Source: Tubiluchus corallicola (lineage: Eukaryota; Animalia; Priapulida). From it: a stretch of DNA of 64,000 bases. A program made the translations under genes and the position numbers. Of the stretch, positions 39,201-51,092 are shown piece after piece. Where the stretch lies: NCBI GenBank assembly GCA_030141605.1, contig JAQGDQ010000257.1, forward strand, positions 62,001-126,000, written 5' to 3'. The notes below the pieces were generated by a model, which had not been told where the DNA came from, ran no database searches, and saw nothing but the letters and a program-made list of their open reading frames with translations. Numbering within the stretch: position 1 is the first letter of the stretch; each line of letters opens with the position of its first letter.

Positions 39201-41111
39201 CTACTCGACATAATATTTCTGTTCGACCAGTTGCAAAATTTCCTAGAATGTCGAGGCACTGCCACCGAGGCACAAGACTACGCACTGCCAGAAAAACCAA
39301 GGGAGAAATAGGGAAGTGATATCGAAGAGAGGCAAAGAAAGAGGGGGAGAAAAAGAGAAAGAGCAAAAAGACAGAAAAGGAAGAGTTGAGAGGTAGTGAG
39401 AGAGAGAAAGAGAAGAGAGAGAGTGAGAGAGATAGAGAAAGAAAGAGAAAGAGAGAGAGGAGAGACGAGGGGGGGTTTAAGACGGAGAAGTGGGAGCGGA
39501 AAGAAGAGAGGCAGGGGTGAGTAAAGAGAAAGAGAGAGAGAGAGCGTGTAAAAACGAGAGAAAGAAAGAGGAGAGAGAAAGAGAGAGAGAGAGAAAAAAA
39601 GAGAAAGGAGAGGTAGGAAGGGGAATTGAGGTCGAGAGGAGGAGAGAGGGATTCTTTAAATAGAGTTTTAAATGGAAGTTGGTCAGAAAAACTAAACAAA
39701 CGAGTTATCGTAATAACAGTGCTTCGCATTCCGGACTAGTTGTTCTCAGTGTGTTGTACCGGATACTGCATGATGCAAATTATTAAGAAAGTTCTAATGG
39801 TACATTCCACTTAAAACTGAAAGATAATAAACCCCCAAGTTTATTAAAATGTAATCAAAGAAATTATAGGTTCAACTTGGCATACTTAAATATAATATCT
39901 CCACCACTAACAGCGCCTGGCATCCATTTGAACTCGGTATCCGTTTTAGAATTTTTGTTACTGTGAGTGACGGTAGTGTTGACTCTGATGGGTCCATCAT
40001 TGCAGTCCAAATGTTTGGTATTATCCGGTAAGTCAGTGAGAAATTTTCCGTATCGCAGACCATCTTCATCTTCGGCATACATTATTAGTCCTTCAAACGT
40101 GCCCTTTACTTTGACTGAAAACATGTAGGATGTTATAACGTTATTCCTGCTATGCCCATAAACAAAATAATGCGTGATTATGACATGAAATTTATTTCAC
40201 GTATAAAATATGGAAACGTTATCAGCATTCTGAAATATAATAGGCACCACCCTGTGAAATCATGTGAAGTCTGAATTGTGTGTTGCGAGCCCACACAGTA
40301 ATTACAGTAAGACGACCGTTCGCGAATAATTACTGATACGCGAACATCCCAAGTAGTGGCCTGTTAATGCACAGAATAATCATTGACAACGCTAGCACAA
40401 CGGGTTAGCTTGAACTAATTTAGTGTTCCGTTTAGGGGTTCCGTATCTCCTCGGTAGGGACCAAAACTGGAGTGTCACATTTTTATTTGTTATGTTCATG
40501 TCTTTAAATAAAACACCAAAAACACGTTCAAAAATAATTTGCAAGAACCCACTGAACTTAAGACGATGGAAGAAAGATATGACTCTTTCATCAAATGCGA
40601 AATTTGTTACAGTTATTAATCTAGTATATTTATTCATGGGTTTAGGTTTAGATTTTTAGTTTTTAAGAAAATGCCGCCATCTTGAATTCAAGATGGCAAA
40701 TCAAAAAAATCCGATTCGATGTAAAATTTTTGTAAAGTTTCATGACGCTCTGTTGCGAATTCAAGGAATCTTAAGCTTTTTTCACCCACGACAAGAAGAA
40801 AAAGAACAATACAACAACCAACAACGCCCAGATGGATAACGATTTGTGTTGAGCTGTCGATGAAAAATAACAAACAACCTACCTCTGTACTCGGTACCCA
40901 CTGTATATGAAGTTTCGACGTTTCCGTTATCATCGGTGAACTCTATTTCATAGTCAGTTGCACCAGTTTGGAAATCGGCTCCATGTCCGTAGGAAGCCAC
41001 GGGGCTTGGCGTGCGACTCTTGCAGACCGAGTTAGGTGCACCACTGGAGTACGTTAACACGGGTAAGATTTTCCAAAGCACAATTACGGATATACCATAA
41101 AGAAGCCTCAT
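30041..41111 (-). CDS. Reeler + tandem DOMON domain protein (ferric-chelate reductase 1 / FRRS1-like, no cytochrome b561), 598 aa, 12 coding exons
   Basis: Exons 41111-40883, 40114-39886, 39029-38971, 38523-38370, 37940-37829, 37141-36997, 35396-35271, 34913-34741, 34555-34430, 32601-32468, 30705-30575, 30219-30041 sum to 1797 nt with all phases compatible. Reeler motifs: YSSGAPNSVC, FEGLIMYA, VTHSNKNSK, FKW, FKATVV. DOMON motifs: IGFSEDKSMGGDD/ISCRFER and VAFSADKTMGADD/ISCRFMR. Confidence 0.85.
30575..30705 (-). CDS. Reeler-DOMON exon 11 (DOMON 2)
   Basis: QDGGRISCRFMRPL...VLFAHG; ttgtag/gtaatt. Confidence 0.86.
32468..32601 (-). CDS. Reeler-DOMON exon 10 (DOMON 2)
   Basis: GADDVYACGC...VKHLWNPGGHKP...; gcgcag/gtaagt; not in ORF track. 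Confidence 0.85.
32768..33298 (-). mobile_element. 5S rRNA-derived SINE (SINE3 type) with probable Deu/Nin core
   Basis: 120-nt 5S head followed without an oligo-T terminator by a ~410-nt GC-rich body; flanked by direct repeat ATATTA at 32762-32767 and 33299-33304. Confidence 0.85.
33179..33298 (-). rRNA. 5S rRNA-like sequence (SINE head, not a bona fide 5S gene)
   Basis: GACTATGGCCAAATCACGTTGAAAACACCGGTTCTCGTCTGATCACCGAAGTTAAGC...GTTAGTACTTGGATGGGTGACCGCCT...GTGTAGGCT; box A, IE and box C recognisable. Confidence 0.8.
33663..34175. mobile_element. Foldback/MITE with 193-bp inverted repeats
   Basis: 33663-33855 is the near-perfect reverse complement of 33983-34175; 127-bp spacer. Confidence 0.9.
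34430..34555 (-). CDS. Reeler-DOMON exon 9 (DOMON 2)
   Basis: MLVMW...ILFEMTG...WIAVAFSADKTM|gtaaga. Confidence 0.87.
34741..34913 (-). CDS. Reeler-DOMON exon 8 (DOMON 1 end, pre-DOMON 2)
   Basis: ITLHEQIPSIS...EGCGDVKGCYKVSSCSGTNCE; ttatag/gtatgc. Confidence 0.85.
35271..35396 (-). CDS. Reeler-DOMON exon 7 (DOMON 1)
   Basis: SQDSGQISCRFERNL...DLSEPHYHFYAYG; ttatag/gtgagt; not in ORF track. Confidence 0.85.
36997..37141 (-). CDS. Reeler-DOMON exon 6 (DOMON 1)
   Basis: GGDDIYCCQDEGSSVNVRRY...DNEE; gaacag/gttggc. Confidence 0.83.
37111..37395. repeat. Tandem duplication (~148-bp period) spanning exon 6 acceptor
   Basis: CGTCTTGACA...ATTGATTCGCATAAG present at 37111-37247 and 37259-37395. 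Confidence 0.92.
37829..37940 (-). CDS. Reeler-DOMON exon 5 (DOMON 1, GC donor)
   Basis: VIITWRADSTKAYFQMLAGSGTDVEYVCIGFSEDKSM|gcgagt. Confidence 0.82.
38370..38523 (-). CDS. Reeler-DOMON exon 4 (Cys-rich pre-DOMON 1)
   Basis: NGCHKPMPGTGCFILPHQSATCTVEDDNC; ttgcag/gtaagt. Confidence 0.83.
38971..39029 (-). CDS. Reeler-DOMON exon 3 (Reeler end)
   Basis: ATVVKEKDEFWAIESDEIT; tgacag/gtttgt. Confidence 0.85.
39290..39650. repeat. Low-complexity polypurine (GA-rich) tract
   Basis: Directly visible; explains the spurious SL/F-rich ORF. Confidence 0.9.
39886..40114 (-). CDS. Reeler-DOMON exon 2 (Reeler)
   Basis: VKVKGTFEGLIMYA...VTHSNKNSKTDTEFKW...IIFK. Confidence 0.88.
40390..40866 (+). mobile_element. 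Non-autonomous element (Helentron/HINE-like), related to 54250-54645
   Basis: Shared GCCATCTTGAATT..AxATGGCAAATC, AAGTTTCA, TTGCGAAT, (CAA)n and TAACGATTTG near the 3' end. Confidence 0.5.
40883..41111 (-). CDS. Reeler-DOMON gene coding exon 1 (signal peptide, Reeler N-term)
   Basis: MRLLYGISVIVLWKILPVLTYSSGAPNSVC...; acceptor just upstream of ATG, donor gtaggt. Confidence 0.87.
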
Positions 41112-41860
41112 TTTGTCAGCGTCTATATACAAAAAACCAAAATAAAAAATTATATGTGAATGCTTGCTAACGAATACGACCAATTTTCCTCATTGCAACG
41201 TTTATTTTAAAAGACATGCATCAGTCAACGATTTAAAATATATTTAAAATTTGATTGCTGTCTTTTTATAAAACCGCGACCGTGCAACTTGTACACCTTC
41301 CCCACTTGTCGTTTACAGAATTTGCAAATTTACCCAAAATGTCTACGTAGATATTTATTAGTGTCAAAAATACATACAATATAAGAAAAAACAAAACATA
41401 CAATTTCAATTTTGAGATATGATGACACTGTATACAAACAAAACAATTAATAATAAAACAAATATTATTAATTCTTCCTGTTAGTTATATTACATAACTG
41501 TCTACATACCTTTTATGGTAAAGTGTTATAAAATAGTTGCTGATTTCTTCATTTTAATTAACATTGTATCTAGCACCAGCTAATTAATTAATTTAGCAAA
41601 TTTACCGGAAAATGTGTACATAACTTTTATGGTAAAGAGTCATAAAATTGCAGCTGATTTCTTCACTTTAATTAGCAATGTATCTAGTGGTGGTGGACGT
41701 AAAGCCGTTCAATTACGAATTTACGATTCAGTAAAAACCTCACTTCTTTAAGTCGACGTACACTTCAAAAATCACGCAGTTTTACTCAAAATTTGCTTTG
41801 CGTGAAGTGTTTACTAGAGAATGTTGAAACAAGTTATAAAAATACTTGTGTTGCGCTTAC

Positions 41861-41935
41861 CTTTGTTTGCAAATGAATACATAAAACAATAAAAGGCGAG
41901 GCAGTCCTATCAAACGGCGCAAAGGACTATATACT
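41861..41935 (-). promoter_or_regulatory. Probable TATA promoter and short non-coding first exon of the Reeler-DOMON gene
   Basis: TATATAG at ~41933-41927, strong donor AAAG|GTAAGC at 41860; the ATG exon has an acceptor at ~41123. Confidence 0.45.
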
Positions 41936-43329
41936 GAAATTAGCTCACGCTTTACACAGTAATTCCGGCATATGAATCTTTTAGAAAGACAACGAAAGAG
42001 GCTATTAATACTACTGCATTAAAAATTTTATGCATGATTTATTAAAAAGCTGATTACATAAACTTAATTTAAGTCATAACCGTTACACTAGTATGATAAG
42101 CATCGCATTGGCTAAAAAAAGAAATAGTATTCTATTAATAATTCCACGTTAAAAGATGCAGTTAAAAACTTTTGAACTTACATTCAAATTTAACAAGATG
42201 AAGAAAAATGAAACTTCACTAAACTTACAGTTCTAAATTTTAGTCATTAAAACACAACTAAACACTTTTCATAAATAAAGCTTAAAAATTCGTCTTGAGA
42301 TTTTATATCACTTAAATGCTTTCTTATTGCGTGCATTATTACCAGGTGGCAGCACAAACATTTTAAAGTATTAAGAACTTTCTTTTACAAATCTTTCAAC
42401 CAGACAAGCGTAAACCTAAGTAATATAACTTTGTGTGGAATGTTTTTGGGATATACTTTAAATTACCTTTTCTGTTTCTTCAAGTAAATAAAGTCACTGT
42501 ACTTTTGTATTTCAGTAAAGAAATTCCCAAACAAGTAGTTAGTTAAAAATCGCAATATAAAAGTTACCTGGTCCATGGATCACGGACCACTACTTGGACA
42601 AATATTTCCATACTAGAAAAGATGCCTTAAATACAAATGTATGCCAGGCACAGTTAGTGGAGACGATAATATTCAAGAGAAACACCAAATTAGATCTATA
42701 ATTGGTATTGTGCGTAAGCGTAAGTACTGCCATCATGACGATGAATGCTAGAGCGCCTTTAGTACCGTACAGAGTTGTCATACCATGTTAATAAATAATT
42801 TTTCATTATTGTGATAATAAAACCATGGTGATAAAGACGTTTGCTTATAAAATCACGTATTTTAATTTTAAGGCTGCACCAATGTAAACTGCTATTGTAT
42901 ATATGCAGTGTACTACTTATTTAGATAAATTTTAGACACAAGATTTTAAATTAAAATTCTGACATAATTTTTTTTCGCTTTATAACTGAAGCATGCGTGG
43001 CCAAGTGCAACATTAGTCGTACGACTCTTTTGTACATTGTTAATGCACAAACATTTTTATGGTTGAATTTGCGCCTATAACTGAACAACCATGACACGTC
43101 CTCGACTTTAGTTCATTCGACACCACTCGAATATATTTTGCACGGTTCTAGAAAATACGCGTGCAGAATGAGATTGTACAAAACAGGAATACACTGCACT
43201 CATATTTCATGGGATACATATACTTTATGAAAAGCTACCTTTTTTAGCTCAAACTCTAATTCGCCAAAGAATGCGCTTAGCAAAACTTACCTACTGGAAC
43301 TTTTTCTATTGCCTGAAGTGTTTGAGGTC

Positions 43330-43431
43330 GCTTCTGGAGCAATCCTCAGGTCCTCTACCAGGGTCTCTCTTCTCACTGTAGCTTCTGGAGCAATCCTCAG
43401 GTCCTCTACCAGGGTGTCTTTTCTCACTGAC
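43330..43431. repeat. 51-bp tandem duplication
   Basis: GCTTCTGGAGCAATCCTCAGGTCCTCTACCAGGGT...TTCTCACTG x2. Confidence 0.9.
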
Positions 43432-43954
43432 GTGGTCTGTGTATTGGCGACGGGCACCCTCCGCACGGAAACACGCAGTAAGCAAGCGTGCAGGCGACGG
43501 TGGTATTTGTTGACACATAACCAACTCCAATCAATGTTGTCACCAGCTACATTAAGCTCAGCACACTTGGCAACTTTTGTCTGCGTTATTAAATCAATGG
43601 AAAATTATATTGGTATCCAAGAGGCAGTGAAGGTATGGTGACTGGGATTAATCGTTGAGAATAAGCTGCCACAGGAACGTGCAACAATTCAAGCTGTGTT
43701 TAGTAACGAGTATCAACATACCTATTTATTAATGGTTTAGTGAATGTAATTTTGATGTCGCTAGCATAGTAACGGCTTTGTGAAGCCAGACCCTGGTGCC
43801 TAGTTAATGCATTACAATGAAAAATGCGGCACATACTCATAATTACATTGTGATGACATATTAAATTATGCTCATAATTTAATACGTCATAGAGTTTAGA
43901 AATTATTTGACATGTGGGTTGTCAGTCTTCAAAGTAGTTTAAGCTAACTTATCG

Positions 43955-44360
43955 TGTGGCAACTGCGAACGTATCGAACCTTCAAAACACAATATCAACT
44001 AGAAAACTACTTACTTTCTGATTATTCCAAATATGCTATAACAAAATTTGCAAAGCTTAGCTCTCATACATTGTGTTTTGAAAGATGTGCGTTAAACCTA
44101 CAAAAAGTCTCGGCTGAGAACCGCATATGCACATGCTGCTTAAGAAAATAAATCGAAGGTGATTACACTTTGTTATAAAATGCCCATATTACAATGATCT
44201 TAGAGAAAAGTTATACAATCACATCAATGTAATTATACCAGATATTTTCCTTATGAGCGATGCTAATAAATTTTATTCTTGCTGGGAAGTAATGATTTAG
44301 AAGTAATTAAGGCTTTAATTGATTGATTATGTTGAATAAGCGTTTTTAATACATGATGGA
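43955..44360 (+). mobile_element. 3' fragment of a non-LTR retrotransposon ORF2 (RTE-X-like CCHC tail)
   Basis: LRTYRTFKTQYQLENYL...SSHTLCFE...ENRICTCC...IEGD/HFVIKCPYYNDLREKL with frameshifts. Confidence 0.75.
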
Positions 44361-47224
44361 CAATATACTATGTAATTATCATATCATTGAAAATGAGGCC
44401 TGATGAATGACAATTTATTTCAAATACTAATCATTAAATTTTTCAATTAAATAACTAATATAACTAACAGAAAGATGCTAATTAGCGAGTAACTATTCCA
44501 GCGTGACTTAAATATCACATTTGGAAGTTGCGAAAGTTTAGCGAGCGATTAGGACTAATTAAATTTGATTTTAACTTGATTTTGATTTAATATTTATTTC
44601 AAACATAGCCTCTTAGCACAAAAGACATAACACGAATTATAAATTAAAGTACACAAAAAATAAAAAAAATGACAGTAATGAATAAATAAATAAATAAACG
44701 CACACATTGACTTAAATGCAAATCTCTAATATAATGAGATCACATGTTATAAGAAAAGCTATATGCATTCTTACACAATATACAGCTAATTTAAAACAAA
44801 ACATTGTGCCAAGCGTATGTAACGGATATAAATCTCCCATCACTTTCAGCAATATTTTTACAAGTGCAGTTATCACTTTGATCCGTTCTATATATGTTCA
44901 CTTTTATTGTACATCAGTGAATATATGTCCTGCGTGAATGTACGTACTTTGAGCTTGTGTGTAACACCTGTTTTTGTTACAAATGCATTACATAGTGTGC
45001 ATTACATTAAATATTTTTTATTGTCCAAAATGGGCAATCATCGTCTCATCCCAAAATCAGTATCACGCGCCATTGCGCCACGCCTTATTTTCTTTCTTGG
45101 AATTCAACTCTCTAGAGTTTAAAGTTTAGGTAAAATCATCAATAGATATGCACATTGCACACCACCTCTTCTTAAATTAAACCGCCTGTTTTTCCTTTTC
45201 TCCTCCCTTTGGAGACCCTGACCGGAGTGATTTCGATTCTTACAAAGGGCAAGCTCAGTAAAAAAATCAGTAACGCGAAAAAAACTGCAAAAACTGAAAG
45301 TCCGTGTGAATAATATGCCGATTGGCAGACTGAGCTGGTGTACTGATTGACTGCTGGCCAAATCACTTTGACTGACTGACTCACCAACTAATTGATCGAT
45401 TGATTGATTAACCTTTTGACCGAGTAGTAATTGATGAAAAATAAATGTAGGCAGACGGACACTACTATCCAATAATAAAATGAATGACTAAATAACAAAC
45501 AATTGCCTGACCTCAGAACTTTACTTTGCCTGTAGGGCAAATTATGTCATTGTGTCGCTAATTTATCGTTCATTCATTCCTTCGTTCGTTCACTTATTCA
45601 ATTATTCGTTTATTCATTCGTTCATTTACTAATTCATCCTTTCATTCAGTCTTTATTTTCTTTATGTCGTTCAGAAGTAATTTTTGGTCTGCTATTTATT
45701 ATTAATGACCGAGCAGACAAAATCTGTACTCCCAAGTCTGTACATTACGTTTTTGCAAATCCCTGTTAATTTTTTGGAAATGCATAAAAACTTGATAATA
45801 GTGACAATGTGATCGAGTGTGTGGGAAGGGGAAGGTGCAAGTGAGTCAGTTATGTGGTTTTTTGAAATCTTGCTGAATCACTATCATATCGTCCGACAGG
45901 TTTGAAAATATAAGGAAAGAATCAAAATATTATATGTCGATTTCGGAAAAGGGAGCTCGAAGAAAATCACAATTTATGTGTCTATTTACTGTATTTCATT
46001 TATTTCCCATGCCCCACGCATAAGTACGTGTCTCCCTCTTGAGGCAAAATGCAAAAGCTATTATTCAACAGTAAATTTTCATACGCGTCAGTGTACGGAT
46101 TTTCAAAACGCTAGACGAATAAAGGCAAATATGGTATAATTATTTTGGAAAATACATCATTGTATACACCAAACTATTTTGATTATAAAGAGATTGATAA
46201 ACTTATAAAGTCAACTAAATAACTAGCCTTATTATTAGTGGTCAACAGTGCATTTTTTCATTATTTTTGAAAACTGTGAGCAATGAAAAGCGAAACAAAA
46301 ATGATGCCTTCAAACATAATACAAAATTTTAAAAATTGTGAAATTATATGGTCAACTCATACAAGGTTACAAATAAGAATTCAAAAAATACATAAATGTT
46401 TTGCGGCAAAAGGTATTAAAAAACTGACCGTCATCGTCAATGTTTCCGGAAATATTTTTAGAGAGAAAGGCAGGCGAATTGCATTACACTGATCTGCACA
46501 CAAAGCATAGTAGCACACTCGAAAGAAATTCAACGCTAAAATAAATATGCGAGAAATAAAGCAGGCTTTAATGCGTAAAGCGTCCATAATAATTAATGTG
46601 CAGACCTACGTTACGTGCAGGTGTAAGTATTTTTAGCAGACTGTGCCTGCGATTACAAACAATACTGTTTACAATTTTGTAGGCTGTCAATAGAAGATGT
46701 GTGGCCCAACCCAGTTAGCCTACCAATTCAAAAACTTTTAATATTTTACAAACGTACCGTATCCGTATTGTTCACAAACAGAGTAATAAAAATTAATACG
46801 TACCAAAATAATTTACAAAATTTTTGACATTCATAGTATCAAATTGACATTACGCTGTTATGAGGTCCTATGGTGAGGTTTAGTTAGCACGATGTCATGG
46901 CACAGTTTGTATGCATCGTTTGCAAAGTTGCAAACGATAAAATTATTGTAGCTAGTCTATTTAATTTTACATTAAAAATTCTAATTTCAAAGCTGTAACA
47001 AGCTTTCTCTCTATCGCAAGATAATCTAGCAGCCACAAGCTAAAAACGTTCATTAGTAGCGATTATCAAAACAAAATATTACAAGCGATTTTAATTTTTT
47101 ATTATGCTTTGATTTTGATGTAACCTAAATTGAAGCATTATATGCTAGTTAAACGTTTCTGTAATTCTCTGTAACTACGCTGAAAAACTTCAGCAAAACT
47201 CGAACTTTGCTGTAAGCGTAAATG

Positions 47225-47387
47225 ACACCACTGCGCAGTAAGCATGCGCAATAAACTATTGCGTTGTCAGCATAGTTCAGTTCATTCTTTTCATTCCAAT
47301 CGTCTTGGAAATATTCCGTGATTTCTGAGTCTAAAGTGTGATTTGCGATACAACGTTTTTACAGGATATAGAATACAACAATCTGAG
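47225..47387 (+). promoter_or_regulatory. Probable TEAD promoter and non-coding first exon
   Basis: GCGCA/GCATGCGC (NRF1-like) at ~47233-47250, Inr TCAGTT at 47277, donor GAG|GTATGT at 47388; downstream DNA becomes T-rich and intron-like. Confidence 0.5.
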
Positions 47388-49550
47388 GTATGTATCACTA
47401 GTAAATCTTGTTTGTAAGACGTCAGAAGAGAGATATGTGAGTGAGAACGTGCAGCCCGTAGGAAGTGAGGAATTGCACGTATGGCGAACATGTCCGTCAG
47501 CGGGCCGAGAATCTTTCGCATTTTTGTCGTGTTTATATACGCACTACCAATTCCTATTGTAATCAAATAGCCCGGTGTCTGTTAGCACAGCTAGCTGGAA
47601 CTAATACTTTGATTTTGCGCAACATTCCATCTGATTTGCGTAATGAAAAATGTAACATAATAATAATAAGCTTTAGTTTAATCTGTAGGCGAAGTTTTCT
47701 CGGAAGTTTTCTCAGTAACTAGTGGTACAGGTTGTTTACGGAAACTCAGAAGAAGCAAGTCTTTGCAGAGATGGCATTGCTTTGATTCTTATTAAACAGG
47801 CCCAGTTAAACTTTGTCTGGCTTAACAACTACGTAACTTATCATGATTTCGAGGCTGTTAAAAATCATAAAACTGTTACTAGCATTAATTGAAAATAGCA
47901 TTAACAGAAATAATGCCAAATGCATACATGTAGTAAATGTGTCGAATAGCAGTGAATCATTATAGCTATTAGTTACCAAAGTATTACTCTCTTAGAGTTA
48001 AATACAATTTTTTGTGCCTATAATTTGCAAACAATTTTAGAGACTACTAATTGAATAGTAGTAATAATGAATTATAGCTGTTTTTTATGTTTATTGTTTA
48101 ATGAACCTGCAATGAATTTCGAAAGTTGAAAAGCTAATTGTAAACTGCAATAAATTGCATTTAACGTCAAAAAAGTTTTTGACACTTCAAATCAGTGCTA
48201 TTACTAGTACCTTTAATATTGAATTTCAAAATTTATAACCGAAATCACTTAATGAACAGTAAAATTTAAATTTTTCATTTTGCTTTTAATTTTGTATTCA
48301 AGGCATTAGACCTTCTAGGTAACTTCTAAATGCTTATTCTTTTGCTAGCCTTTAAGGCCTTTATTATAAATATTAGTTTGTGTGTAGCTTATAACTCTAT
48401 ATACGTTAATTGTTTCAACAACCAGCAATTATTATTTAATTACAGATAATTTATTTACAATGGAGTTTTAAATAGAGTAAAAATTTTTATGTGGTATTCT
48501 ATTTTGGAGATTTAGCTAGACTAATAGGTTTGGAAAGTTGAGAAAACTTATTTAAAAATTAAGATTTTTCATATCTACACGTGTATGTATTTATGTTTGT
48601 ATATAGTACATTAATTGCAGGTTGTAATATAGTTTCAAAAATTTTTGTTCCAAATTATAGCTGAATAAATATTTCTCATTAAGGTTTTTGTGACAGCTTT
48701 TAAAGCACTTTTTGGCTGAATTGATAGTTATATTTCATGTTAAGTGTAATATAGGTGTTAACCTTAAGTTTTGTAGCTTTCCTGTTTCAAGAGATTTCAA
48801 TTTCCGTTGCTTCATTATTAAACCTTATTTTTAGTAAAAACATAACTAGTGTATTCAAAGAAAACTTGAGACTGAAAAACTGTTTAAAAATACTTTTTAA
48901 GTCTAGACAGAGTTCGTTTGCTGGAATTTTACATTACTTCGCAATCTCAGTTTTAACCGCACTGTCAGCAAACTTTAGGTTGTGGTCAAAATTTTTATGC
49001 GTTTCCTTTCGAAAGTTTACAGTCGGTTTTGCGTCTAAAAACCGAGGCATCTGCAGTGGCTGCTGTTTCGCGTTATAAACCAGGAGAGAAGCCAATTTTT
49101 ATTACCGCGTCGAGATTTGCAGTGGTGGTGAACCAGTCGAAGATAATTAACGGATCACTTCTCATTAAATTTTTTTAACTATAACACCAGTAAAAACAAA
49201 CTGTTGCATTATACATCCGGTGAGATTTCCCCATTAGAATTTTTAGTAAAATGACCTGCAATGAACTGACCTAGCTTGACAAATTAGTGGGCCACCCTGT
49301 AAGTGGTTCAGCCCTGTGTGTGCGCAGCTGCAGCTGCTGTTGATGTGTATTGGTGCCCTGTGCCAAATATAGCCCCCTGTAATGTTAGACACTCTGTGAG
49401 AGCTTACTGGCACAAGTCAGCCGCTTGTGTTTTCTGCTCCGGGCCGCATTGGTCCCGGGTTGAACTGAGGTCACGCTGGGGTCAACATCACACGTGTTTT
49501 TTCTGATTTTTTTTTTCTGATTATTGTTATTCGGGTATCTTCTGAAGCTC

Positions 49551-49768
49551 GTAAGACTCGTCCTTGTTTCAGGAGCTTCTCTAGTAAGACTGGTTCTTGC
49601 TTCAGGAGCTTCTGGTAAGACATGCCTTTCCTTCAGTAGCTTTTAGTAACACTTGTCCTTGCTTCAGTAGCTTTTAGTAAGACATGCCTTTCCTTTAGTA
49701 GCTTTTAGTAAGACTTGTCCTTGCTTCAGGAGCTTCTCATAAGACTTGTCTTTGCTTCATGAGGTTTG
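49551..49768. repeat. Minisatellite, 7 x ~31 bp
   Basis: Unit GTAAGACTTGTCCTTGCTTCAGGAGCTTCT(A). Confidence 0.9.
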
Positions 49769-51092
49769 AGCTTCTAAGCTGGATGGGTTTAACAGTCCAG
49801 TACGTCTAGGCAATGACCAGTGCTTCATAAGCCCTCTGATAAGCTTCTTAAGATAATTAATAAGTCTTTAATAAACCTCCAATGCTACTATACAACATAA
49901 GTGCACTTCCCAGTAAACTAGTCAGTGTCAGTGGTCATTCTCACCATCGTTTGTTAGGTTTTTATTTCTTGTAAGCTTGGAACATTTTTTTATCTCACGT
50001 TTTCTTCACGATGAATTCGCCCTTAGTTGCAGAGACTTGTCAATGATATTACTGATGAGAAAAAGAGTAGAGAATGTGCTTTCTCGGTAACTATCATGTA
50101 TTTAATATTTCGGAAATTTTTGAGCTTGCGTATTAGTTAAAATAATGTGCGTAAAACCTTGGAACCTTGTTCAATGATATTAATGTTGACTTTGCGGGAT
50201 TTTTAAACTTTTATGTGACTTAGAAATGTAGCCATGAATCGAATTTTTTACTAGAATGACTGAGCACGAAACTACACAGTATGTGAAATTATGTTCAAAA
50301 TTAGGTTCAAAATAATGTAATATTCTATTACATAAGCTCTACATCAAAAGCGAAACTGCTCAAGCTTATTTAGTACGTCATGATTTTCTTTATGTATGTA
50401 TTTAGTAGTACTTGATCTGACAGTTAGATAGTCTTTTAGCATTTTTATGCAGCTTCCTAGTGATGCTTAACCAAATAATGTAGTTGCTCTAACATGCAAA
50501 TTTAATGTTAAGTATTGACTTTGGATTGCATGTGAGAGTCAGTGGCTTGCCTGTATGATACATTTAAGAGGCCACATGACCCGTGAAGTCAAACTGTAAA
50601 CATCGTAATCAGTCTTGCGCTTGTTCTCGTTGCATTGCCCCGTTGTTGGCTTCTTGAGTTCTGGCTTCGCGTCTGCAGCTCTCGCCTGCCTGCCAGCTAG
50701 TCTGAGTTAGTTTTGATTTAAAACATGCGTAGCTTGTTGCTTTATGAGCTTGCTGCTAGCAGCTGCTCTGAAGTTTAGAGTTTAGGAGGAGAGCAAGATG
50801 AGCAACGGGCTTCAGCCGTTCTACATGCTTGTAAAACAGAGTAGATGCAGCACTCAGCTATTGAATCCCGATGTGGTTCCTGGCCTCCTCTGTAAGCGTT
50901 AATGTAAGACATGGAGATCTCAGTAGTTATTTGGTCTTTGGACTCCATAGCCTTATTATAAGGGCCTGATCATCTTATAGATTAGTATAGGCTACAGCAT
51001 AAGGTTCCATTAAATTTTGGTAACATTTAGTAAAAAATCTGTTTTTTTCACTACGACAATGAATAGTAAAATAGTGGTGTTTCTTAAATAAC

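Noticed and set aside
39175-39729. 184-aa hydrophobic ORF
   Set aside because: Artefact of a GA-rich low-complexity intron tract.
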